NCBI GenBank assembly: GCA_965215605.1
Contig: OZ244070.1
Location: forward strand, 256,001 to 320,000
Length of the DNA stretch: 64,000 bases
Source: an uncultured Candidatus Binatia bacterium
Lineage (GTDB): Bacteria > Desulfobacterota > Binatia > UBA9968 > JAJDTQ01
Direction of reading: 5' to 3'
Part shown: piece by piece, positions 9,418 through 17,866 of the stretch
How positions within the stretch are numbered: position 1 is the first letter of the stretch
How the letters are laid out: every line of letters starts with the position of its first letter
Made by a program: the position numbers and the translations under genes
Notes under the pieces: model-generated
Told to the model about the DNA's origin: nothing
Databases searched by the model: none
The model's input: only the letters and a program-made list of their open reading frames with translations

Positions 9418-10890
9418 ATGGATACCAAAACAACGGACAAGGATACACCGGGATCACGGCAGGGCGACCACGGGTTGGGAACACCCCGATCCCGGATGGA
9501 CGGCGCCCGAGTGCTGAGCGATCAGGAGATCGAGGAAACGCAGCGCCTGGAACAGGAGGAGTCGCGGCAGCAGTCCGACACGGAACCGCAACAATTCGCA
9601 ACCGTGAAACCCAACACCACGACTACAGAGCCCCCGGAACCGGCGACAGGCGACCACCGGTCGGAAACACATCCATCTCCGCGGGACGCCGCCGCCGTGC
9701 TGAGTGTTCAGGAGATCGAAAGGACGCCTCGCCTGGTCGACGAGGAGTCACGGCAGAGTTCCGACACGGAACCGCGGCAGCTCGCAAAAGTGGATGCCGA
9801 GACCACGACCACAGACTCTCCCGAACTGAGGCAGGGTGACCACGGGTTGGGAACACCCCGATCCCGGATGGACGGCGCCCGAGTCTTGAGCGAACAGGAG
9901 ATCGAAGAGGCCAGGCGCGTGGAGGACGAAGCGTTGCGGCGACAGTTCGAGAAGGAGCTGCAACAGCCCGCGGCCTTCGCGTTGCCCTCCGGCATCCGTC
10001 GCGCCCTGACTTGGAGCGGGCTTGCCTTGGCGGCCGTGCTCGGACTCTTCGTCGTGTCTCAGTTTACGGCGGCCGTTACCAGCATCGCGACCCTCCCGGT
10101 ACCGTTCGACTGGATCGTGGGCCTTTTGGCCGTTCTCTTTGCCGGGATTCTGAGTTGGATGATATTACGACTCGCCGTCGCGCTGTTCCGTTTGCAGCGC
10201 AGCCCATCCGTCAACCTCCGCGCGATCCAGGCCCTTCAAGAGCGCCGGCACATGCAGGCTCTGGTCGCGGAACATGCAGAACAGGCCATTCACGAATTGC
10301 GGAATTACCTTGAAAACTACCAACTCAACGACGAGGCTCGCAGGCGTTTGAAGGGCCTCGGCTTGACCGACGGCGAGTGGGACGACCTTGTATTCGCGCG
10401 GCGGTCGCTCTTGGCGAACGACGAATCCATGCCGGCGGACGCGTGGCTCTCGGCGTTCCGCAGCCAGTTCCAGTCGGTCCTGGATGGCGCGGCGGAACGT
10501 CGTGTCAGACATTACGCCAAGCATGTGGGGCTTGGTACGGCCCTTGCTCCGTTAGCCGTGCTCGACAACGCAGTCGTGCTGTACGCATGCGTAGCTTTGA
10601 TCAAGGATCTCACGTTCCTCTACGGACTGCGCCCGGCACTCGGGCAGACAGCGACGATTCTGGCACGTTCGATAATACAAACTTACCTTGGCGGGCTGTC
10701 CCAGCAAGGCGCTGCCGCGGTCTCCGACAACTTACAGAGCACCTTGCAGAGCGAAATGAGCGGATTTCTGGCATCAACACTATCCGTTGTGGCCACCAAG
10801 GTTACGGAAGGAGCCGTGAATGGTGTTCTCCTGTGGCGGCTGGGGAGACGGGCGATTACTTTCCTTCAACCCGTACAGCCCGCCGACTGA
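9418..10890 (+). CDS. ycjF: YcjF-family (DUF697) membrane protein with N-terminal tandem repeats
   Basis: Two TM helices, TALAPLAVLD...LYG, C-terminal EGAVNGVLLWRLGRRAITFLQP; directly follows ycjX with RBS GGAGG. Confidence 0.85.
   Translation: MDTKTTDKDTPGSRQGDHGLGTPRSRMDGARVLSDQEIEETQRLEQEESRQQSDTEPQQFATVKPNTTTTEPPEPATGDHRSETHPSPRDAAAVLSVQEIERTPRLVDEESRQSSDTEPRQLAKVDAETTTTDSPELRQGDHGLGTPRSRMDGARVLSEQEIEEARRVEDEALRRQFEKELQQPAAFALPSGIRRALTWSGLALAAVLGLFVVSQFTAAVTSIATLPVPFDWIVGLLAVLFAGILSWMILRLAVALFRLQRSPSVNLRAIQALQERRHMQALVAEHAEQAIHELRNYLENYQLNDEARRRLKGLGLTDGEWDDLVFARRSLLANDESMPADAWLSAFRSQFQSVLDGAAERRVRHYAKHVGLGTALAPLAVLDNAVVLYACVALIKDLTFLYGLRPALGQTATILARSIIQTYLGGLSQQGAAAVSDNLQSTLQSEMSGFLASTLSVVATKVTEGAVNGVLLWRLGRRAITFLQPVQPAD
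9458..9910 (+). repeat. Intragenic 186-bp (62-aa) tandem repeat, about 2.4 copies
   Basis: GACCAC anchors at 9466, 9652 and 9838 (period 186); GDHGLGTPRSRMDGARVLS.QEIEE in copies 1 and 3. Confidence 0.9.
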
Positions 10891-10972
10891 ATGTCGCGGC
10901 CGAGCCTATCGTTGACGGAGTTGCGAACGCCGTTGGCGGTGATTCGGAGGCCGAAATGAACCCATCGCAGGA

Positions 10973-10995
10973 ATTTCTGGAGGACGGGTCGTGAG
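10973..10995 (+). repeat. 23-bp direct repeat, copy 2 (RBS plus GTG start of the nuclease-like gene)
   Basis: ATTTCTGGAGGACGGGTCGTGAG. Confidence 0.85.
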
Positions 10996-12385
10996 AATCC
11001 ATCAGTTAATCGCTGTAACCGTGTTCGTATTGGCCACGACGGTTTTCAACGCAGTACCAGCCGTCTCGAACGCCTCAACCCTGAGCCTGCCCCTGACACC
11101 ACGGGAACAGGCGGCCCGGCTTTGGTTCGTGGCCACACCGGAGACGGCACAAAAGCTCTTTCCGTCTGCGGAAGCCAAGCCCAAATACTATTTTCAGCGC
11201 GACTATCGACGCGAGTATGGTGGCGCGCTGTTGTATGATCGAGCCCGTCTGGCGGAAAGAATAGGGGAGCAGGGGCGCGCCAGATTCGCTGCGGAGCGCG
11301 GTTGGAGCCAGTTGCTCGGCTCCAGGAACCGCGGCATGCGCCAAGGACCGGACTCCGTGCATTGGGACCGCCGGACGGGTTTCGTCCGTGTGATCGAAGC
11401 GAAAGGAGGCAACTCCAGGCCCACTATCTCCTACGGTTCTTCACAGGGCACGAACCCAAATACGATCTGGTCTGCTCGAAGGGTCCTCATGTCGCCAAAC
11501 GCAACCAGACAAGCCCGGGTCGCGTCGGCCCGCGTAATCGTGGCCGCGCAGAAGAATCGCCTTGTCACGGGTGTCGTAAGGACCCCTCACACGATGGGCC
11601 GGCCCGGTGAGCCCCAGCTCGAGGGTCGGTGGAATCGCGCCAACGTGAGGGGGGAGGCGCGCGTGATCGAACGAGCGGTGACCCGGGAGAGTTCCGATGC
11701 TCGACAAATCTTCCGGGAAGCGCGGAGGGGCCAGTCCGCCGCAATGCTGAAATACCGAGCCGGACAGGGCGTGGCAATCCTCGGCCTTGCAGGGGCGGCC
11801 GGACTGGCGTGGGATGCGTACCAGCAGGCCGGGGTCGCATGGGAAATGTTCAACGATCCTACCCTGCAAGGGAGTCTCCTGCCCCACATGCAGACAAGCG
11901 TCGCCATCGGCAGGATCGGCCAAGCAACAGCCCTGGGCGTGAGTTCCGCCGCTCGATTGACGACTTTCAATCTGGCCGCAAGCAGGGTACTGGTCCCGGC
12001 CGCCAACGCCGCGTTGCTGCCTGTCACGTTCGCGGCAGAGGGACTTCGGCTGGTTACGGCGTATCACGAGTACAACCTGGGCCGCATCAGTCGGCGTGAT
12101 CTATACCGTCGCGCCACTCCGACGGCGGTCTACGCCGGGGCTACAACCGTTGGCGCCATCGTTGGCGCCATCGCTGCTTTTCCGGCCGGCGGCGTGACTG
12201 CGGGAGCGGGAGCTTGGACCGGCGCCACGATCGGCGGCATCATAGCGATACCGTTCCAGTTTGGCGCTGATTATCTCTGGGGATGGTACTACCAGGGCTT
12301 CGACGCCAGTCAGCGCCGCCACGTGGATGAGGCCGTCTATAGGCACTATGGCCTTGAAGCCGCCAACGGAGCGGGTCCGCACTGA
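10991..12385 (+). CDS. Signal-peptide protein with PD-(D/E)XK nuclease-like domain and hydrophobic Gly/Ala-rich C-terminus
   Basis: N-terminal MRIHQLIAVTVFVLATTVFNAVPA; ERIGEQG...QGPDSVHWD...VIEAKGG...QGT; C-terminal GAIVGAIAAFPAGGVTAGAGAWTGATIGGII. Confidence 0.7.
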   Translation: MRIHQLIAVTVFVLATTVFNAVPAVSNASTLSLPLTPREQAARLWFVATPETAQKLFPSAEAKPKYYFQRDYRREYGGALLYDRARLAERIGEQGRARFAAERGWSQLLGSRNRGMRQGPDSVHWDRRTGFVRVIEAKGGNSRPTISYGSSQGTNPNTIWSARRVLMSPNATRQARVASARVIVAAQKNRLVTGVVRTPHTMGRPGEPQLEGRWNRANVRGEARVIERAVTRESSDARQIFREARRGQSAAMLKYRAGQGVAILGLAGAAGLAWDAYQQAGVAWEMFNDPTLQGSLLPHMQTSVAIGRIGQATALGVSSAARLTTFNLAASRVLVPAANAALLPVTFAAEGLRLVTAYHEYNLGRISRRDLYRRATPTAVYAGATTVGAIVGAIAAFPAGGVTAGAGAWTGATIGGIIAIPFQFGADYLWGWYYQGFDASQRRHVDEAVYRHYGLEAANGAGPH

Positions 12386-12444
12386 CGGCTGAGGTGGGAG
12401 GACTCTATTGCGGATGTGCGGTCACGTTAGCGTCCAGGACGGGA

Positions 12445-12653
12445 TCATGCCGGCTCGTCGTGCTGCGCCGCCGCTGCGAGGCGCTCCTTGAGAGCGCGGA
12501 ACCGTGGCTCGTCGATCCCCGTCGCCGACGTGATCACATCCCAGCTCACGCCGATTCTCAGAAAGCCTTGACGGCCTCTACCTTGCCGCGCTGCAAGCCT
12601 TCTTCCTTGCCCTCCGCCCGGCCTTCCTCCAGAAGTTCTTGAGCGTATGACAT
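12445..12653 (-). pseudogene. Orphan C-terminal fragment of an Rpn/YhgA-like (PD-(D/E)XK transposase-like) gene, frameshifted
   Basis: RBS AAGGAGGAGG then MSYAQELLEEGRAEGKEEGLQRGKVEAV; after one missing base at 12569/12570 it continues GFLRIGVSWDVITSATGIDEPRFRALKERLAAAAQHDEPA*. Confidence 0.7.
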
Positions 12654-12703
12654 GATTCCTCCTCCTTGGCCGTCAAGAGGCGGCGGCATGGCCGCCCAAG
12701 CCC

Positions 12704-13225
12704 CTACAGCGGCGGGATGAAGGCTCCGAAGATGACGCCGGCGAAGAGGTCGACGGCCAGCGTTTCCTCGAAGATGAAGTAGAAGAAGCCCAACGCCAGG
12801 GCGGTGATGAAGACCGCCCCGGGCCAGCCGATGCCGCCCTGCAAACGCGTGAATGCCAAGGCGAACACCAGGGTGGAGACGTAGAAGCCGGTGATGAACA
12901 CGAGCACCCCGAAGACGACGAACCACAGGAACATGCGGGTGATGAGGCCCATCTCACCGGCCTTCGGGCCTGTCTCGACTTCCTCGCCGGGGATGCTGCC
13001 TTCGGTTCCCGCGGCCGAGCTGAGGACGTCTTCAAGGCTCACCTCGAAGGCCGACATGATGCGGGGGTAGCGCTCGCCGGCCAGACACAGAATCGCCAGC
13101 GCCACCGTCGGGAACGACAGCACCAGCGGCACGAAGCCCGCCATGCCGCCGTACGAGAACGACCACCCGAAGAACAGCAGCGACGTGGACACCAGGATCA
13201 CACCGAGGAGCGTAGAGCCTTTCAT
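12704..13225 (-). CDS. tctB: Tripartite tricarboxylate transporter small membrane subunit TctB
   Basis: Hydrophobic, GFYVSTLVF, FYFIFEETLAVDL; ATG overlaps the tctA stop. Confidence 0.8.
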   Translation of the reverse strand: MKGSTLLGVILVSTSLLFFGWSFSYGGMAGFVPLVLSFPTVALAILCLAGERYPRIMSAFEVSLEDVLSSAAGTEGSIPGEEVETGPKAGEMGLITRMFLWFVVFGVLVFITGFYVSTLVFALAFTRLQGGIGWPGAVFITALALGFFYFIFEETLAVDLFAGVIFGAFIPPL

Positions 13226-14715
13226 GACGACGCCTTCCCTTTCCGGCTCGTCAACCACGGCAGACACAGCAGCAGGATACTCAGCAGCATCAGCACGATG
13301 GTGACGGGCCGGTTGAAGAAGATGGCATAGCTCCCCGCGGAGATCTGCAGCGACTGAACGAAGGACAACTCCGCGCGAACCCCCAGCAGAAAGCCGATGA
13401 CCAGCGTGACCAGCGAGAAACCGAACCGGTTGAACGCGAAGCCCATGATGCCCGCGGCGATGGCGATGCCGATGTCCCAGACGTTCTCCCGGGCGGCGTA
13501 GGCGCCGCCGACGGACAGCAGGAACGCGGCCGGGACCACGTATCCCACGCGCAGGGTGGTGACCCGGGCGAGGATGTCGGCGCCGAAGGCGGCCATGAGG
13601 CTCGCCAGGAAGTTGGAGATTACGAAACCGAAGATCAGCACGAACACGATGTCCATGTGCTCGCGCACGAAGAAGAAACCCGGCTGCAGTCCGTGGAGGA
13701 TGAAGGCGCCCAGGAGCACGGCCATGCCGGCGCTGCCGGGAATGCCGAAGATGATGGTGGGCAGCAGGGCGCCGCCGTCCTTGGCGTCGTTGGAGGCCTC
13801 GGAGGCGATGATGCCCTCGGCCGTGCCGGTGCCGAACTTTTCCGGGTTCTTGGAGAACTGCACGGCCATGGAGTAGGAGAGGAAGTTGGCCAGCACCCCG
13901 CCGATGCCTGGAATGATGCCCGCGAGGATGCCGATGGCCGAGCTCCGCACCAGCGTCACCTTGTAGTGGAAGACCTCCAGGAATCCCCTGAAGGCGCCGA
14001 ACAGGCCCACCTTGAGACGCTGGCCGCCCTCGGCGATGGTATCGCCCCGCAGCACATGGTTGACCAGCTCGGCGATGGCGAACAGCCCGATGAAGAACGG
14101 CACCAGCGGGATTCCGTCCCACAGGTAGTTGTCGCTGCCGAAGTTGAACCGGAGCACCCCGTGAACCGGGCTGAAGCCGATGAGGGACAGGAGCACGCCG
14201 ATGCCGGCGGACACGAGCCCCTTGAGCATGTTGCCCCGGGCGGCGTAGGCCACGGTGAGGAGGCCGAACACCACCAGCATGAAGAACTCGGGCGGGCCGA
14301 AGGACAGCACGATGATCTTCACGAAAGGGATCAGGATCATCAGGAAGCACATGCCGACGACGGCGCCCAGGAACGACGAGGCCGCGGCCAGCCCCACCGC
14401 CCGGCCCGCCTCGCCCCGGCGGGCCATGGGATGGCCGTCAAAGCAGGTGGCGGCGTTGGGCGCCTCACCTGGAATGTTCAACAGGATCGCGGGAACCGAC
14501 CCCCCTTCGGTGGCCGCCCCCATCATTCCCGCCATGAGGAACATGGCGGTCTCGGCGTCCCACCCGAAGGTGAATGTCATGCCGATGGTCAGGCCGGCCA
14601 GGAACAGTCCCGGGAGCGCTCCCAGGATCAGGCCGGACACCGCGCCCACGGCCAGCACCGCCAGGTTGGTGGGCTGGCTGAGCATGCCCAGGGCTTGGAG
14701 AAGAGGTTCCCACAT
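13222..14715 (-). CDS. tctA: Tripartite tricarboxylate transporter large membrane subunit TctA
   Basis: GALPGL, ILLNIPG, DGHPMARRGEAG, ASEASNDA, GIPGS. Confidence 0.93.
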   Translation of the reverse strand: MWEPLLQALGMLSQPTNLAVLAVGAVSGLILGALPGLFLAGLTIGMTFTFGWDAETAMFLMAGMMGAATEGGSVPAILLNIPGEAPNAATCFDGHPMARRGEAGRAVGLAAASSFLGAVVGMCFLMILIPFVKIIVLSFGPPEFFMLVVFGLLTVAYAARGNMLKGLVSAGIGVLLSLIGFSPVHGVLRFNFGSDNYLWDGIPLVPFFIGLFAIAELVNHVLRGDTIAEGGQRLKVGLFGAFRGFLEVFHYKVTLVRSSAIGILAGIIPGIGGVLANFLSYSMAVQFSKNPEKFGTGTAEGIIASEASNDAKDGGALLPTIIFGIPGSAGMAVLLGAFILHGLQPGFFFVREHMDIVFVLIFGFVISNFLASLMAAFGADILARVTTLRVGYVVPAAFLLSVGGAYAARENVWDIGIAIAAGIMGFAFNRFGFSLVTLVIGFLLGVRAELSFVQSLQISAGSYAIFFNRPVTIVLMLLSILLLCLPWLTSRKGKASS

Positions 14716-14810
14716 CGATTCGATCCTTGAACGCGGCCCTTACGGTTCCCGGGTGTTGTGCCGATGGCCCGCACCCCGAAACAGGGCGCGGGCCATCTGG
14801 AACCCGCCCC

Positions 14811-15794
14811 CTACTTGGCCTTGGCGGCTTTTTTCATCTCATCGAGATTCGCGCGGAACAGGTCCTCGTAGTACTTGAGGTCCTGGGCCACGCTGGAGCC
14901 CGGCCCCTCCACCAGCACGGCTGAGGCTTGCTTTTTCCAGTCGATGTAGAGTTGGTCCCTCATGGCCTTGAGCAGGACGTCCTCGAGAATCTTGGCGCGG
15001 TCCGCGGGGATTCCCGGAGGGCCGCCAAAGGCGCGCAGGTCGCTGAAAGAGAGGTTATGACCCGTCTCGTAGGAGGTCTTGACGTCGGGGGCGTTGACCG
15101 CGCGTTTCTTGTCCAGTTGGGCCACCGGCCGGAGATCGGTCCCGAGATACGAGATGACGGAGTTGTGGTCGATGGGCTGGGCCCACACGTCGAAGTCGCC
15201 GCGCAGGAGCGCGGGCAGCGACTCGCCGGTGCCGCGGTAGCCGGCCACCACGTGAAAATCGATGCCGTAGGCCTTGGCGGCCAGGAACGAGCCCATCCAG
15301 CGTCCGACGCCGATGCCTTCGACCCCCCAAGTAACGCGCTTGGCCTTCTGCAGGTCCTCAATGGACTTGTGGGGGCCCTTGGCCGAGACGTGCAGGCCGA
15401 ACGCATCCGCCCCCACCCGGGCGAGCCAAGTGAACTTGCTGGTCTCGAAGCCGACGGGCGTGTCCGACAGCATCTGGTCCCCGAGCATCCCGGAGGCCTG
15501 GAAGTGGGCGATGGTGTAGCCGTCGGGCTTGGCGCGGTACATGAACACCGAGGCGCGCCGGCCGGCGGCGCCGGTGACGTTCTTGACGATGACGTTGACG
15601 CCCTTGGGCAGGTACCGCTTCATGCTCCTGGCCACGGCACGGGCGATCCCGTCGTAACCTCCGCCGGGCGAGAACGGCACGATGATGGTGATATTGCGGT
15701 CGGGAAACGCGGCCTGGGCCTGGGACAACGGCAGGCTCGCGGCCAGACCGAGCACCGCGGCGCCCAACACGATTCTGGTTAGCAGATTGCGCAT
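14811..15794 (-). CDS. tctC: Tripartite tricarboxylate transporter substrate-binding protein (TctC/Bug)
   Basis: Signal peptide, FPDRNITIIVPFSPGGGYD, NVTGAAG, KPDGYT. Confidence 0.92.
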   Translation of the reverse strand: MRNLLTRIVLGAAVLGLAASLPLSQAQAAFPDRNITIIVPFSPGGGYDGIARAVARSMKRYLPKGVNVIVKNVTGAAGRRASVFMYRAKPDGYTIAHFQASGMLGDQMLSDTPVGFETSKFTWLARVGADAFGLHVSAKGPHKSIEDLQKAKRVTWGVEGIGVGRWMGSFLAAKAYGIDFHVVAGYRGTGESLPALLRGDFDVWAQPIDHNSVISYLGTDLRPVAQLDKKRAVNAPDVKTSYETGHNLSFSDLRAFGGPPGIPADRAKILEDVLLKAMRDQLYIDWKKQASAVLVEGPGSSVAQDLKYYEDLFRANLDEMKKAAKAK

Positions 15795-16109
15795 GGTAAT
15801 CCTCCCGTGATTTCGTCGGAATCGTTTGCTGTCGGTTTCGATCAGTGTATGGGGCTAAAGTAACGTCGCTGGTTGCCGATATGGGAAAGAGGGCAATAAA
15901 GATGACCTTTTATGGGTGTACCCCTTACTTGTCAAGGGTCGCCCCCAAATTGTCTGTCGGAAGTGGCCGGAAACAAATGGGTTCGAGGGGCCGGGCGGCA
16001 AGCGCCGCGGGATCGGGCCATGGCCCCCTCGGAAGTTCATATTGACTCGGGACGGCGCAAGCGATAAGGTCCACGCAAGCTCCGTCTCAACCACCCTTGT
16101 GAGGTCGTC

Positions 16110-16535
16110 ATGGCAGTGAACATCGCAATCGTCGTCGGGAACCTTGGGAAGGATCCGGAGGTCCGTTTCACGCAGAGCGGACGCGCGGTAGCCAACTTCT
16201 CCGTCGCCACCTCCGATTCCTGGACCGGACAGGACGGCAACCGCCAGGAGCGCACCGAGTGGCACAACATCGTGGTGTGGGGCAAGCAGGCCGAGTCGTG
16301 CGGCCAGTACCTCGCCAAGGGACGGCAAGTCTTCGTCCAGGGCAGGATCCAGACCCGCAAGTGGACCGACCAGAACGGCCAGGACCGCTACACCACCGAG
16401 ATCGTCGCCCAGCGGGTCCAGTTCCTCGGCGGCGCCGGCGGTGCCCGTGCTTCCCAGGAGTCACAAGACCAGGGCTTCGGCGACCCCTCGCCGTCGTTCC
16501 AGCCGCCTGCCATCGACGACGACATCCCGTTCTGA
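16110..16535 (+). CDS. ssb: Single-stranded DNA-binding protein
   Basis: [22 protein letters not shown], acidic tail DDDIPF. Confidence 0.97.
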   Translation: MAVNIAIVVGNLGKDPEVRFTQSGRAVANFSVATSDSWTGQDGNRQERTEWHNIVVWGKQAESCGQYLAKGRQVFVQGRIQTRKWTDQNGQDRYTTEIVAQRVQFLGGAGGARASQESQDQGFGDPSPSFQPPAIDDDIPF

Positions 16536-16765
16536 CGCCCTCGCGTCCCGCATCCGAACCGCCCGGACCAGCCTCGACCCGGTTCCGTTCATACGTTCGC
16601 CCCCGAAGCGCCGCGGCACTCCCTCCCCCGTGCCGCCGTCATGGATTTGTTGGCCGGCCTGAAGCCGTGCGCTGAATTCACGTCCGAAACAATAACAGTA
16701 TCCATGTTTCACAATTGTCGGGATAAACCTCATTTGCAGATTTTTTGCCCTATTGGGTGGCTGCA

Positions 16766-17641
16766 ATGCGCAAGAAGAGTGTCCCGCCAGATCCGCGTCA
16801 TCCCAGGAGCCAGATCAGAGACTTCATCGACGACGAGAAATCCCTCGGACGGGCAAAGAAGGGACAGATCGCGGCGGCCATCGGCATCCGGCCCAGCCAC
16901 TTCTCGAATCTGCTGAACGGAAGGAACGAGTGGAAGCTCACTCACCTTCACAAATTGGCGGAATTTCTCGGCGTACCCTTGGCACGGCTGTTCGAAGAAC
17001 GCGGCAGGGAGGCTGGAGCCGACTCTCGCGGGGAAGGGCAAACGGCCTCTATCGAAGCCTCTATCGAAGAGAGTATCGTCCGCATCCTTCAGACCGAGGC
17101 AAGGTCATTGCGAGGGGCGTTGCGCGAGGATCTGGCCGCGCTTCTGCGCGAGCGCGATGCGGACAAGCATGAATTCACCGGCGAGGCGATAACGGTCGCC
17201 GAGACGCCCGTCGTCTACACGGATACGTCCGCGGACCGTTCCGTTGCCCGTGCGGTGCAGATCGGGGAGTTTGACGCCGCGTACGACGGGGCGGCCTTGT
17301 CCTCCCTCGCCACGCCGGAAACCCTCTGGTTCGGACGCGACTGGTTTCGCCGGCAAGGACTGGATCCTTCCCGCTGCCTGGTGCTCAGGGTCCACGGCGA
17401 TTCCATGGAACCCACGCTGCCCGCGAACTGTTGGGTGCTGGTGAATCGGGCTCAGCGGAGGAGGCGGGCGGGACGCATCTACGCACTGCGCACCGCGCAA
17501 CGTCTCACGATCAAGCGCGCCGCCAGGGACAAGGCGCGGGGATGGTTGCTGGCAAGCGATCAACCGGGCCGGGAAGACGTCGCATGGCCCGATGACGCCG
17601 AGATCATCGGCGAGGTGCGGTGGATGGCGCGCACGTTCTGA
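16766..17641 (+). CDS. XRE-HTH plus peptidase S24 (CI/LexA-like) transcriptional regulator
   Basis: HTH KGQIAAAIGIRPSHFSNLLNG; S24 motifs VHGDSMEPTL, TIKR, IIGEVRW. Confidence 0.85.
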   Translation: MRKKSVPPDPRHPRSQIRDFIDDEKSLGRAKKGQIAAAIGIRPSHFSNLLNGRNEWKLTHLHKLAEFLGVPLARLFEERGREAGADSRGEGQTASIEASIEESIVRILQTEARSLRGALREDLAALLRERDADKHEFTGEAITVAETPVVYTDTSADRSVARAVQIGEFDAAYDGAALSSLATPETLWFGRDWFRRQGLDPSRCLVLRVHGDSMEPTLPANCWVLVNRAQRRRRAGRIYALRTAQRLTIKRAARDKARGWLLASDQPGREDVAWPDDAEIIGEVRWMARTF

Positions 17642-17866
17642 CAGGCCACCCCAAAGACTTCCTCACCCGAACCGCACGTACACCGGGACCGCCCCGCCCA
17701 CGGTCAGCACCGCGCCGGCCGGAACCCGCCATGGCCGACCGGGAGGACGCGACCTTGACCCCGGACCCCGCGGGTTGTAAGAAAAATCCTGAGCCGCCCA
17801 CGGACGCCGGCAGGCGGGCCGGGTGCGGACGGACTCGCATTCCGCACCCGAAAGGAGAGCGAAGAC

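Noticed and set aside
9458-9910. Repeats considered as a CRISPR array
   Set aside because: The 186-bp in-frame coding repeats have no unique spacers, and there are no cas genes.
12558-12560. TGA in the Rpn fragment (and at 45972 and 58997) considered as selenocysteine codons
   Set aside because: None sits at a Cys-equivalent position. Homology continues in another frame for the Rpn fragment and not at all for the other two.
12704-14350. 548-aa ORF ending in TctB
   Set aside because: The extension overlaps tctA out of frame; TctB starts at 13225.
16110-17641. ssb plus CI-like repressor considered as a prophage
   Set aside because: No integrase, structural or replication genes; ssb has a normal chromosomal DDDIPF tail.
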